Source: Clostridia bacterium (GTDB lineage Bacteria > Bacillota > Clostridia > Christensenellales > DTU072). Taken from it: a stretch of DNA of 60,962 nt. The notes beneath the pieces are model-generated. The model saw only the letters and a program-made list of their open reading frames with translations. It was not told the origin of the DNA and made no database searches. The stretch's first letter is position 1, and each line of letters opens with the position of its first letter. The stretch covers positions 1 to 60,962 of the forward strand of contig JAFVAC010000033.1 in NCBI GenBank assembly GCA_017476265.1. The letters run 5' to 3'. A program made the translations under genes and the position numbers. Positions 9,268 to 19,011 of the stretch are shown here, piece by piece.

Positions 9268-10623
9268 ATGACGGAGAAGAAAGAGAACGCAAATCAAGAA
9301 AGAGAAGCAAAAAAGGAGCGTCGCAAGTCGGCGCATCCGATCAACAATCGGAACGGGAAGAGAAAGCAGGAAGGGGCGGAGCGTCCCGCAACGGAGTCCG
9401 TCGCCCCACCCGCCCACCCGATCGACTCGGTCTCCCGCGAAGGGGAGGACAACGGCAAAAAAGGAAAAGGTCTCCGGGAGAAGAAGCAGTCGAACGTAAC
9501 GCGATCCGACAGACCGGACAAGCCGAAGGCGGAGAACCCGGTCGAAAAGCCGAAATCGGAGAGCAAAAAGGACAACAAGATCCAGAAGTCGGAATTGCGG
9601 ACCATCGTCCTCAAGGCGGTGGAACAAAAAGACGGTCAACTGAAGAAGAAAGACCTCTTCGACGTGTGTCTGAAGAGATTCGACTTAACAGCCGCCGAGA
9701 AGAGAGACCGCTCGCCGGAAGGGAAGTGGACCAACTGCCGAAGCGTCATCGGGCTTGCGATCGCCGAACTGGTCGCCGAGGGGAAGATCGTCATCGACCC
9801 GGAGGGACTATGCCGTATGCCACCGGAAGAAAAAGCAGAGAGCAAGGAGGACGCCGATATCAAAGACGCCTTGGCGGAACTGGTCGTACAGATCCTTTCT
9901 TCCGGAGAAAAATTGAAAAAAAACGAGCTCCTCAATCGGTGCGTAGCGCACTATCCGAAGGCAAAACCGCAGTCGGTCAGATGCGAGGGCGGCAAGACGA
10001 TAGGCGCCCTGAAATCGTCGGGAACTATCAGTCAAAACAAGCAAGACGGTACCTTTTATATCGAAGAAAGGTTCCCAAATACGCCTCTTGGGAAAACGCT
10101 CCGTGTGGCGTACGACGGCGGCGACGTCAAGAAGTGCCTCATCGACGCACTGAACCTTTCGGGGGGACCGTTCTTTGAAAGATTCTCGGTCGAACTGATG
10201 GAAAAGGTCCTCTCCCGCCGCGGCGCGGTGGAGAAGGCGGAAGTCACCGGCGGACCCGACGACGGCGGGATCGATGGAAAGATCGTGTACAGGGACGAAC
10301 TCGGCTTTCGGGAGACCGTCCTCTTACAGGCGAAACTTCGCAACGTCACCAAGTCGGAGAGCGCGTATGAATCGGGCAGGCAGATCACGCTGAAAGAGGT
10401 GAGGGAGTTCTTCGGGGCGGCGGTCGCGGCAAAAGGCACGCGATTTGTCTGGATCACGACCACGACGTTCTGCCGCGAGGCGAAGTACTTTATCGAAAAG
10501 CAACCGGACTTTGTGGGGATCGATAAAAAGAGACTGTATGAACTCTGCAAGGGGTACGGCGTGGGCGTCGTCCTGAACGCCGAGGGCAAGGAAGAACTCG
10601 ACTACAAAAAGTTTATGAACTGA
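9268..10623 (+). CDS. Mrr-like (type IV) restriction endonuclease with long N-terminal extension
   Basis: C-terminal FERFSVELM..VTGGPDDGGIDG..LQAK..EVREFFGA..ITTTTF Mrr catalytic pattern. Confidence 0.8.
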   Translation: MTEKKENANQEREAKKERRKSAHPINNRNGKRKQEGAERPATESVAPPAHPIDSVSREGEDNGKKGKGLREKKQSNVTRSDRPDKPKAENPVEKPKSESKKDNKIQKSELRTIVLKAVEQKDGQLKKKDLFDVCLKRFDLTAAEKRDRSPEGKWTNCRSVIGLAIAELVAEGKIVIDPEGLCRMPPEEKAESKEDADIKDALAELVVQILSSGEKLKKNELLNRCVAHYPKAKPQSVRCEGGKTIGALKSSGTISQNKQDGTFYIEERFPNTPLGKTLRVAYDGGDVKKCLIDALNLSGGPFFERFSVELMEKVLSRRGAVEKAEVTGGPDDGGIDGKIVYRDELGFRETVLLQAKLRNVTKSESAYESGRQITLKEVREFFGAAVAAKGTRFVWITTTTFCREAKYFIEKQPDFVGIDKKRLYELCKGYGVGVVLNAEGKEELDYKKFMN

Positions 10624-10634
10624 AATTTTTCTTC

Positions 10635-10654
10635 GGGGCGCAAGCCCCTTTTTT
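10635..10654 (+). terminator. Intrinsic terminator
   Basis: GGGGC-GCAA-GCCCC-TTTTTT. Confidence 0.75.
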
Positions 10655-10681
10655 ATTGCCACGGACAATCACGGATAGCGG

Positions 10682-10710
10682 TTGACGAAAAATAAAAGTA
10701 GTACTATAAT
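10682..10710 (+). promoter_or_regulatory. sigmaA-type promoter of glycan cluster
   Basis: TTGACG-17 nt-TATAAT. Confidence 0.7.
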
Positions 10711-10746
10711 TAATTTTATAAAATATTTTTTACTTAAGGACAAAAT

Positions 10747-11943
10747 ATGGAAATCAAATTTTCTCCGCCGGATATTACGGAAGCGGAAATAGCCGAAGTC
10801 GTGGACGCCCTGCGTTCCGGGTGGATCACGACCGGACCCAAGACGAAAAAATTCGAAAAAGAGATCGCGTCCTATTGCGGAACGACCAAGGCGGTCTGCC
10901 TCAACTCCGCTACGGCGGGGCTGGAACTTATTTTGCGCGTTTTGGGCGTGGGACCCGGGGACGAAGTGATCACGTCCGCTTATACTTACACCGCCAGTGC
11001 GTCCGTCATCGCGCACGTCGGGGCGAAAATGGTCCTGTGCGACGTGCAAAAGCACGGCGTGGAGATGGACTACGACAGGTTGGAAAACCTCGTCACCGAA
11101 AGGACCAAGGCGATCATACCCGTCGATATAGCCGGGATCATGTGCGATTACGACCGTATTTTTGCCATCGTGGAGAGAAAAAAGTCTCTCTTCCGCCCCG
11201 CAGGAGACATGCAGCAAACGCTCGGTCGGATAGCGGTCGTCGCCGACGCGGCGCACAGTTTCGGCGCGGTCAGAAAGGGCAAAAAGTCCGGGAATATCGC
11301 CGATTTTTCCTCGTTTTCTTTTCATGCGGTCAAAAATCTGACCACAGCCGAGGGCGGTGCGGTCACCTGGAGACCGAGAGAGGACTTCGACGACGAAGAC
11401 TTGTATAGACGATTTATGCTACTGTCTTTGCACGGACAGAGCAAGGACGCCCTCGCCAAGACCAAACTCGGCGCGTGGGAGTACGACATCGTGACGCTGG
11501 GCTACAAGTGCAATATGACCGACGTGGTCGCCGGGATCGGACTGGCGCAATTGGCACGCTACGACGGCTTGCTTGCGCGGCGCAAGGCAATCATGCGTCG
11601 ATATCGTGAGGCGTTGGAGCCGATCGGCGTGCGCTTTTTGTCGCACGAAGGGACGGATTTTTGCGGGAGCCACCACCTCTGCATCGTCCGGCTTCCCGGA
11701 TATGACGAACAAAAACGGAACGCTTTTATCGAAAACATGGCAAAAAGAGGCGTCGCCACCAACGTCCACTACAAGCCCCTGCCTATGCACACGGCGTATA
11801 AGGCGATCGGCTTTTCCATAGAGGACTATCCGAACGCTTACGACTTTTATAAAAACGAAGTGACGTTGCCGCTGCATACGCTGTTGTCGGACGAGGAGGC
11901 GGAGTACGTCGTCGCCTGCGTCAAGGAGTGCTATGTCGAGTAG
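10747..11943 (+). CDS. DegT/DnrJ/EryC1/StrS sugar aminotransferase
   Basis: SGWITTGP, NSATAGL, DAAHSFGA, SFHAVKNLTTAEGG, GYKCNM. Confidence 0.94.
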   Translation: MEIKFSPPDITEAEIAEVVDALRSGWITTGPKTKKFEKEIASYCGTTKAVCLNSATAGLELILRVLGVGPGDEVITSAYTYTASASVIAHVGAKMVLCDVQKHGVEMDYDRLENLVTERTKAIIPVDIAGIMCDYDRIFAIVERKKSLFRPAGDMQQTLGRIAVVADAAHSFGAVRKGKKSGNIADFSSFSFHAVKNLTTAEGGAVTWRPREDFDDEDLYRRFMLLSLHGQSKDALAKTKLGAWEYDIVTLGYKCNMTDVVAGIGLAQLARYDGLLARRKAIMRRYREALEPIGVRFLSHEGTDFCGSHHLCIVRLPGYDEQKRNAFIENMAKRGVATNVHYKPLPMHTAYKAIGFSIEDYPNAYDFYKNEVTLPLHTLLSDEEAEYVVACVKECYVE

Positions 11944-12580
11944 TTTAGATTATAAAAAAATCGTCAAGAAAAAAGCGTTTTCCCGGTTTTTTATTCGCTT
12001 TTTTGATATTTTGATCTCCTTTTTCGGGATCGTATTCTTGCTCTTGTTCTTTGCCGTCATTGCCGTCGCCATCAAGTGCGACAGCAAGGGCGAGGTCTTT
12101 TTCCGTCAGGTCCGCGTGGGGCGCAACGGCAAGACCTTTCGTATCTTTAAGTTCCGGACGATGGTAAAAGACGCCGAAAAGAAGGGGCTTCAACTGTCCA
12201 CCGCGACGGACAGCCGTATCACCAAGGTGGGCAAGTTCCTCCGCAAGACCAAGTGCGACGAACTGCCGCAACTGTTCAACGTGTTTTTGGGGCAGATGAG
12301 TTTCGTCGGGCCTCGTCCCGAAGTCCCGAAGTACGTCGAGATGTACTCCGAAGAGCAGAAAAACGTCCTCTTGATCCGACCGGGGATCACCGACGAGGCG
12401 TCCATACTTTTCCGCAACGAAAACGATATTTTGGAAAAGTCCGACGATCCGGAACGGACGTATATCGAAGAGGTCATGCCGAAAAAGCTGGCGTTAAACC
12501 TCGAGTATTTGCAAAAAATGGGTGTTTTTTACAATTTGAAATTGATTTTTAAGACCATCGTTTCGGTCGTCAAGGAATAA
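11933..12580 (+). CDS. Priming sugar transferase (phosphoglycosyl transferase)
   Basis: [48 protein letters not shown]. Confidence 0.93.
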   Translation: MSSSLDYKKIVKKKAFSRFFIRFFDILISFFGIVFLLLFFAVIAVAIKCDSKGEVFFRQVRVGRNGKTFRIFKFRTMVKDAEKKGLQLSTATDSRITKVGKFLRKTKCDELPQLFNVFLGQMSFVGPRPEVPKYVEMYSEEQKNVLLIRPGITDEASILFRNENDILEKSDDPERTYIEEVMPKKLALNLEYLQKMGVFYNLKLIFKTIVSVVKE

Positions 12581-12581
12581 T

Positions 12582-13631
12582 ATGCTCGTCAGTATCGGTA
12601 TCATCGCGTATAACGAAGAAAAAAACATCGGCAAACTGTTCGACGCCCTTTTGAAACAGGACTATCCGAAAGAACGGACCGAGCTGTTGCTCGTGGACGG
12701 CAAGTCGTCCGACGGGACCAGAGGGATCATGGAGCGGTTTTTGACCGAACACGGTGCCGAGTACGCCGCCGTTCGCCTATTTGACAACGAAAAGAGGGTC
12801 CAGCCCGCCGCATGGAAGATTGTGGTGGAGCAATTTGACGGAGATATCCTCTTGCGACTTGACGCGCACGCCGTATTGCCCGAAGACTTCGTCAGTAAAA
12901 ACGTTGCCTGCATCGAGAGCGGAGAGAGCGTCTGTGGCGGAGTGTTCAACAAGGTCGCCGAAGAGGGGGGGAGCGAATTAATGCAGATCGCCGAGACCTC
13001 TATGTTCGGGAGCGGTATCGCGCGGTATCGCAACGAGGGGGAGAAGCGAGAGTACGTCCGCACTGTAGGGCTCGCCTGCTACAAGAGAGAAGTATTCGAG
13101 ACGGTGGGCAATTTCAACGAGGAGATCATTCGCGCCGAGGACAACGAACTCCACCATCGGGTGACTTCCGCCGGGTACAAAATCTGTTTTGACCCGTCCA
13201 TTCGAGCCGACTATATGACCCGATCGACGCTGAAGGGGATGTTGAAACAAAAATTCGGCAACGGCAGATGGGTGGGCGTGACCACGCTGGCAGTCAGCCC
13301 CGGGGTGTTTTCCATTTATCATTTCGTGCCGTTCGCCTTTGTGTGCGCGCTGATTTTGTCGATTGCGCTCGCCGTCTTCGGGATCGTCTTATCCTCCATC
13401 TATTGGGCGATACCGTTTTTTGCGGTGGCGGGGAGCTACTGTTTGGTCGCGGTGCTTTTGTCACTCTTGTCCGTGCGCGGGAGAAAAAAATCGTACGCTC
13501 TGGCGTTGCCGGGGTTGTTCTTTTTACTGCACTGCGCTTACGGTGTGGGGACCCTTGTCGGAGTCTTCGATCTGAGAGCGATCGTCCGCGTCAAGCGGGC
13601 GGAAAAGAACGTCAAACCGTATAGGGGTTAG
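12582..13631 (+). CDS. Glycosyltransferase family 2 with C-terminal TM helices
   Basis: IIAYNEE, VDGKSSDGT, RLDAH, AEDNE; hydrophobic C-terminus. Confidence 0.9.
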   Translation: MLVSIGIIAYNEEKNIGKLFDALLKQDYPKERTELLLVDGKSSDGTRGIMERFLTEHGAEYAAVRLFDNEKRVQPAAWKIVVEQFDGDILLRLDAHAVLPEDFVSKNVACIESGESVCGGVFNKVAEEGGSELMQIAETSMFGSGIARYRNEGEKREYVRTVGLACYKREVFETVGNFNEEIIRAEDNELHHRVTSAGYKICFDPSIRADYMTRSTLKGMLKQKFGNGRWVGVTTLAVSPGVFSIYHFVPFAFVCALILSIALAVFGIVLSSIYWAIPFFAVAGSYCLVAVLLSLLSVRGRKKSYALALPGLFFLLHCAYGVGTLVGVFDLRAIVRVKRAEKNVKPYRG

Positions 13632-13632
13632 T

Positions 13633-14607
13633 ATGCTGTTTTCCGTGGTCGTCCCAGTCAAGAACGCGCAAAGAGAACTGCCCGACTGCATTTTGTCGGT
13701 CCTAAGGCAGCCTTTCCGCGACTTCGAGTTGATCCTCGTCTACTCTCCGAGCAAGGACGACAGTTTTGACTGCTGCCGTCGTTTTGCCAATATCGAGAGT
13801 CGGATCCGCATTGTCAAGACCGACGGAGAGACGGCGTTTGCCGCCAAAAAGATCGGCGTGGAAGAGGCGCAAGGGGAGTATGTGACTGTGCTATATCCCG
13901 ACGGCAAGATGGGCGAGGACCTCTTGTCTGCGGCGAAAGACGCGATCGGAAAGGAGTCCGCCGATCTCGTGGCGTATCCCAAGACTCGTCCCGACGCAAG
14001 CGCAGACCTGCCGGACCATTCCTACGTCGAGGACAAGGATGAACTGCGCGCTCTCCTGTTGTCCCGGACGGGGATCAATAAACACTTTGTGGGCTTCTTT
14101 GCCAAAAAGGACCTGTATTTGACGGCGATGTCGTACTATCACGAAGGGATCGCCGCCGACGAGGACGACCTGCTCGTCTTTGCCGCGATCGCCCGGGCGA
14201 AAGGCATCCGCTTTTTTGCCGAAGGCGGTGGGTACGCTTATCTTGGCAAGACGTATTTTCCCCGTCCCCACGGATGGACGAGGATCGAGTCGGAAGAGAT
14301 CCTCTTTCAGCGACTCAATGCCGTCGCGGACGAGAGCGACTGCTCTTTCGTGCGGGATAACATCGCCCTGCACGCCTTTTTCGTCACCGAAAAGGAACTG
14401 CTCCTTTTGGCGCAAAACGGGAAAAAAGAGGAATTTTACGACGCGTTTTTGCGTGTGACAAACTCGGCGTACTATTACGCGTTGAAGAGAAAAGAGTACG
14501 TCGGACTCAAAAAGACGGAGAGACGGCTTTTGAAAGCGTTGGTGAAAAAGAGACGTCGCTTGGCCTTTTGGCTGTTGAGACGGCGTCCGTCGAGGAGGAA
14601 AGGGTAA
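13633..14607 (+). CDS. GT2-like protein with degenerate acidic motifs
   Basis: FSVVVPVKN..CILSVLRQPFRDFELILV GT2 start, but VYSPSKD and LYPD where VDDGSxD and DxD are expected. Confidence 0.7.
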   Translation: MLFSVVVPVKNAQRELPDCILSVLRQPFRDFELILVYSPSKDDSFDCCRRFANIESRIRIVKTDGETAFAAKKIGVEEAQGEYVTVLYPDGKMGEDLLSAAKDAIGKESADLVAYPKTRPDASADLPDHSYVEDKDELRALLLSRTGINKHFVGFFAKKDLYLTAMSYYHEGIAADEDDLLVFAAIARAKGIRFFAEGGGYAYLGKTYFPRPHGWTRIESEEILFQRLNAVADESDCSFVRDNIALHAFFVTEKELLLLAQNGKKEEFYDAFLRVTNSAYYYALKRKEYVGLKKTERRLLKALVKKRRRLAFWLLRRRPSRRKG

Positions 14608-14608
14608 T

Positions 14609-16156
14609 ATGGCGGTCTTCAATCAAAAGAGCCGCACGGAGAACGCGCGTCTGTCCTCCATCCTCGGCGTGACCAATCAGTTGATGCGATACGTGCTGGC
14701 GTTCGTGTACCGAACGGTCTTTTTGATGGTCCTGACCAAGGAGTATCTCGGTCTGGATGGACTGTTCACCAATATCCTCGCCATATTGCAACTCGCCGAA
14801 CTCGGCATCGGCACGGCGATCGTCTTCAGGATGTACAAGCCCATCCAGCAGGAGGACGTCCATAAAGTCGCCGCGTATATGAACTTTTATAAGTGGGTCT
14901 ACCGCATCATCGCACTTGTGGTGCTTGCGGCGGGACTCATTCTGTTGCCCTTTTTGGACTTCTTTATCAAAGACGCTTCCGAAGTCCCCGCCGACCTCGA
15001 CGTCAAGGTGCTGTACCTGTTCTTTTTGGCGCAGAGCGTGACGAGCTATCTCTTCGTCTACAAACAGTCGATCCTGACCGCCGATCAAAAGGGCTATACC
15101 GTCAGTATCTTTTCCATCATCGTCCAGACCATCCGATACGCGGTGATGTTCCCGCTTCTGGTCCTGACAAAAAATTATACTCTGACCCTCGGCGTGAGCA
15201 TCGGCACGGTGGTCGTCACCAACTACTTTCTGAGTCTTATCACCCATCGGAAGTATCGAGAAGTCTTTCGACTTAAAGACAAACTCACCAAAGAGGAAAA
15301 GAAAGAGATACTCAAGGACACTTCGGCTATGATGTGCCACAAGGCGGGAGAGGCACTTGTTTTCGGGATAGACAGCATTCTGGTCAGCAAGTACGTCGGC
15401 ACGGGAATGCTGGGGATATACAGCAACTACTCCCTGCTCATCAACGCCGTCACCGGGCTCTTGACGCAGTTTTTGGGGAGTTTTATCGCAAGCCTCGGCA
15501 ATATGTCCATCTTGTCCGACGACGAAAACAAGATGCGCGTCTACAAGAGGCTCATCTTCCTCAACAACTGGGTCGTGTGCTTCTGCACCGTCTCCCTGTT
15601 TGTTCTCATCAATCCTTTCATTCGGCTCTGGCAGGGGGAGGATATGCTCCTGTCTATGTCCACGGTGGCGGCTCTGTCGGCGAGCTTTTTCATCAACAAT
15701 TCCCGCTGGGTCACCAACAGCTACATCACCGCGAGCGGACTGTTTATCAAGGATCGTTGGAGACCGTTTTTGCAGGCGGCGATCAATCTGGTCGCGTCCG
15801 TTTTGCTGGTCCAAGCCATCGGTATTACGGGGATATTTGTCGGGACCATTATCTCGTGCGTGGTTACCATCTGGTGGCGTGAGCCGCACGTCTTGCACAA
15901 GTACGAACTGCACGCGTCGGTCAAGGTCTATTGGATCCGACACTGTATCAACATTCTGTTTACCGCGGCGTTTTGCGTGGGCGGCTACTATCTGTCGGGA
16001 CTCTTGGACGGGTCGTTCGCGTCCTTTATGATCCGCGTCGCGGCGTGTCTTGTTATTCCCAACGGCATTCTCCTCGCGGCGTATTGTCGGACCGAGGACT
16101 TCCGGTTCTACCTCGACTACGTCTTGCGAAGACTGCACCTGAAAAAGAACGGATAA
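14609..16156 (+). CDS. Polysaccharide flippase (Wzx/MOP superfamily)
   Basis: Multi-TM; YLGLDGLFTNIL..LAELGIGTAI..MYKP; last gene of glycan cluster. Confidence 0.85.
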   Translation: MAVFNQKSRTENARLSSILGVTNQLMRYVLAFVYRTVFLMVLTKEYLGLDGLFTNILAILQLAELGIGTAIVFRMYKPIQQEDVHKVAAYMNFYKWVYRIIALVVLAAGLILLPFLDFFIKDASEVPADLDVKVLYLFFLAQSVTSYLFVYKQSILTADQKGYTVSIFSIIVQTIRYAVMFPLLVLTKNYTLTLGVSIGTVVVTNYFLSLITHRKYREVFRLKDKLTKEEKKEILKDTSAMMCHKAGEALVFGIDSILVSKYVGTGMLGIYSNYSLLINAVTGLLTQFLGSFIASLGNMSILSDDENKMRVYKRLIFLNNWVVCFCTVSLFVLINPFIRLWQGEDMLLSMSTVAALSASFFINNSRWVTNSYITASGLFIKDRWRPFLQAAINLVASVLLVQAIGITGIFVGTIISCVVTIWWREPHVLHKYELHASVKVYWIRHCINILFTAAFCVGGYYLSGLLDGSFASFMIRVAACLVIPNGILLAAYCRTEDFRFYLDYVLRRLHLKKNG

Positions 16157-16409
16157 GGATAGATGAACTTTCAAACAAACGGTCTGTTTTGGCAGACCGT
16201 TATTTCATTTTCGGGACCCCGAAGTCGTAGTTTTATTTTGTGTTTTGTCGGATCCACCTCGGCGACGATCGCGTCCCGAGCGATATCGGACCGCGTAAAA
16301 AAGTGCCGGACGGGACCCGCCGATATCGAAAATAGCTTTTCTCCTTGCATTGGCGTGCGCGTTATGATATACTAAAAAATAATTCTATAGAATAAGCGGA
16401 GGTACCGAC

Positions 16410-18170
16410 ATGAAGAAATTGCTTACGCCCTTTGCCGAGACGATGGACAAGAACTTACCCCTGAACGACTATCCCCGTCCGCAGATGACCCGCAAGAGTT
16501 TTATCAATCTCAACGGGCTTTGGGACTACGCCATCGAAAAAAAGGACGCGCCTTTCGGCGGATATCAAGGCAAGATCCTCGTGCCGTACAGCCCGGAGAC
16601 CATTCTGTCCGGCGTGGAAAAGATCGTGACGGACGAGGACAAATTGTACTACAGAAGGACGTTCGAGTTTCATAAGACCGCCGAAAAAGTTCTGCTTCAT
16701 TTCGGCGCGGTGGACTACGAGTGCATGGTCAGACTCAACGGCAAGATCGTCGGGTCCCACACGGGCGGGTATACGCCGTTTAGTTTTGACGTGACCGACG
16801 CGATCCGAGAGGGCAACAACGAGATCATCGTCGAAGTCACCGACCCCGGCGACAAGGGCACGCAGGCGCGCGGCAAGCAGTCGAGCAAGCGTGGCGGCAT
16901 CTGGTACACCCCGCAGTCGGGGATCTGGCAGACGGTATGGCTGGAAGAGGTCTGCAAAAACAACGTCGAAAGGATCAAGTTGACCCCCGATATCGACGCC
17001 GGGACGCTGACGGTGGAACTCACCTTCGCCGAGAGCGTGGAGAGCGCCAGGATCGACGTCTTCGACAAGGGCGAGCCGAAAGCGAGCGCGGCGATCGTGG
17101 ACGGAAAAGCCGTCGTCGAGATGGGAGAGTTCTCCTGCTGGAGCCCGGAGGACCCATACTTGTACGACGCCAAGATCACGACCTCTTGCGATGAGGTGGG
17201 CACCTACTTCGGTATGAGAAAATTCTCTATCGGCAAAGATAAAGAGGGGATCAGCCGACTGTTTTTGAACAACAAGCCCTATTTCCACAACGGGCTCCTC
17301 GACCAAGGCTATTGGTCGGACGGTATGTATACGCCGGCGAGCGACGAGGCGATGATCTACGACATCCAAAAGATGAAGGATATGGGCTTCAATATGCTCC
17401 GCAAGCATATCAAGATAGAACCTTTACGCTGGTACTATCACTGCGACCGCATCGGAATGTTGGTGTGGCAGGATATGATCAACGGCGGCGGCATTTACAG
17501 CAACTTCCCCATCATGATCCGGCCGGCGTTCACGCTGGCGTTCTTGGCCAAGCGGTTTATGGCACACGACGGCGAAAAGAGGTATAAGTACTTCTCCCGC
17601 GAGGACGAAAAGGGCAGACAAGAGTACTACGTCGACGCCGAAAGGATGATCGACTTACTCTACAACGTGGTCAGTCTGTCGGTATGGGTGCCCTTCAACG
17701 AGGGCTGGGGACAGTTCGACGCGGTGAAGGCGTACGACTTTTTCAAGCAACGCGACAATACCCGCATCATCGACCACGCCAGTGGTTGGCACGATCAGGG
17801 AATAGGCGACCTTAACAGTTTCCACATCTACTTCACGGCGATGCAATTCCCGAAGTATGACAAAAACGACGAGCGTCCCATCGTTCTGTCCGAGTTCGGC
17901 GGGTTTTCGATGCAGATCAAAGGACATATGTACAATGAGGAAAAGTTCTTCGGCTATCGCAAGTACTACGAGCAGGAGAAGTTCGAGAAAGCGATGGAAA
18001 AACTCTTCGATAAGGTACACGACCGCATCGCAAAAGGTCTGTCCGCGACGGTGTATACCGAAGTGTCGGACGTCGAAGACGAGTGCAACGGTCTTTTGTC
18101 CTATGACCGCCGGGTCGTCAAGATCGACGAAGACCTGATGCGAAAGATCAACGAAAGGATCAAACTGTAA
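16410..18170 (+). CDS. Glycoside hydrolase family 2
   Basis: YPRPQM..NLNGLWDY, LHFGAVDY, SGIWQTVWLE, GFNMLRKHIK, WVPFNEGWGQ, LSEFGG. Confidence 0.9.
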   Translation: MKKLLTPFAETMDKNLPLNDYPRPQMTRKSFINLNGLWDYAIEKKDAPFGGYQGKILVPYSPETILSGVEKIVTDEDKLYYRRTFEFHKTAEKVLLHFGAVDYECMVRLNGKIVGSHTGGYTPFSFDVTDAIREGNNEIIVEVTDPGDKGTQARGKQSSKRGGIWYTPQSGIWQTVWLEEVCKNNVERIKLTPDIDAGTLTVELTFAESVESARIDVFDKGEPKASAAIVDGKAVVEMGEFSCWSPEDPYLYDAKITTSCDEVGTYFGMRKFSIGKDKEGISRLFLNNKPYFHNGLLDQGYWSDGMYTPASDEAMIYDIQKMKDMGFNMLRKHIKIEPLRWYYHCDRIGMLVWQDMINGGGIYSNFPIMIRPAFTLAFLAKRFMAHDGEKRYKYFSREDEKGRQEYYVDAERMIDLLYNVVSLSVWVPFNEGWGQFDAVKAYDFFKQRDNTRIIDHASGWHDQGIGDLNSFHIYFTAMQFPKYDKNDERPIVLSEFGGFSMQIKGHMYNEEKFFGYRKYYEQEKFEKAMEKLFDKVHDRIAKGLSATVYTEVSDVEDECNGLLSYDRRVVKIDEDLMRKINERIKL

Positions 18171-18171
18171 T

Positions 18172-18633
18172 ATGATCGACATGAACGACAAAATCCTCAC
18201 CATACTGGCGTCCATGACCGGCGAGAACGAGAATCTCGTCGTCGGCAAGGGCGAGATCATCGACCTGACCGACGGCGCTCTCGACGCGCGCGAACTGGAC
18301 AAACGCATTCAGGCGTTGGAGGTCAACGATATGTTGGTGGTCCGCTACTCCGACGCGGAGAGCTATTGCGTGGCGCTCCGACCCAAGGGCAGAGTGCGCG
18401 CCGACAAGTTGAAAGAAGCGGAGATCGCCGCGGCAGCGGCGGCGGAGGAAGCGGGGAACAAGGTCGAACTCCGCACGCCCGTCCCGACGGAGGAGGACGA
18501 GACGGAAAAGACTCCGATCGTGACCACGGGGGTCTCGTTTAAGAAGCTCGCGCTCGTCTGCGCGGGGAGTTCTTTTTTGGGCGGGCTCCTTGCCGCGATC
18601 GTGGCGTTCTTGTTCGGGAGACTGGGCGCATAG
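18172..18633 (+). CDS. Hypothetical protein, winged-helix-like N-terminus and C-terminal TM anchor
   Basis: Starts 1 nt after GH2 stop; LDKRIQALEVNDML..YCVALRPKG; terminal hydrophobic segment. Confidence 0.7.
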   Translation: MIDMNDKILTILASMTGENENLVVGKGEIIDLTDGALDARELDKRIQALEVNDMLVVRYSDAESYCVALRPKGRVRADKLKEAEIAAAAAAEEAGNKVELRTPVPTEEDETEKTPIVTTGVSFKKLALVCAGSSFLGGLLAAIVAFLFGRLGA

Positions 18634-18642
18634 GGGAGAAAG

Positions 18643-19011
18643 ATGGTACTCGGTAAGAAAGAAAAAGTCTTGATGAACGTCATCTACAAAAAGGCGAGCC
18701 GCTCGCAGAACGGGCAGTGTCTGGTCACTCCGCTCGAACTCTTGAGCAAGATACCCTATGGCGTGGACTTCAAGGAGTCGGATCTGGAAGAGGTCCTCAA
18801 CCAGCTCACGCTGGACAGCTACTTCGAGTGCGACCGCGCGCGTACTTCTTCGGGCGAGCCGATCTATTGTATCACGCTCAAAGAAAACGGGATCAGCTAT
18901 TTGCGCGACCGCAAGGTCAGCCGGAGAAAACTTCTCATCCGCGTCGTGACGGCGATATTGATAGCCATATTGGGCTTTGTGATAAAGGCGATATTGGACG
19001 CGATATTCTGA
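18643..19011 (+). CDS. Hypothetical protein, winged-helix-like N-terminus and C-terminal TM anchor
   Basis: RBS GGGGAG; [23 protein letters not shown]; TM tail; TGA overlaps uvrB ATG. Confidence 0.7.
   Translation: MVLGKKEKVLMNVIYKKASRSQNGQCLVTPLELLSKIPYGVDFKESDLEEVLNQLTLDSYFECDRARTSSGEPIYCITLKENGISYLRDRKVSRRKLLIRVVTAILIAILGFVIKAILDAIF

Noticed and set aside
18717-19010. Apparent 98-aa N-terminal extension of UvrB in the ORF track
   Set aside because: Overlaps the better supported 18643..19011 gene; UvrB similarity starts at MEKFEL (19011).
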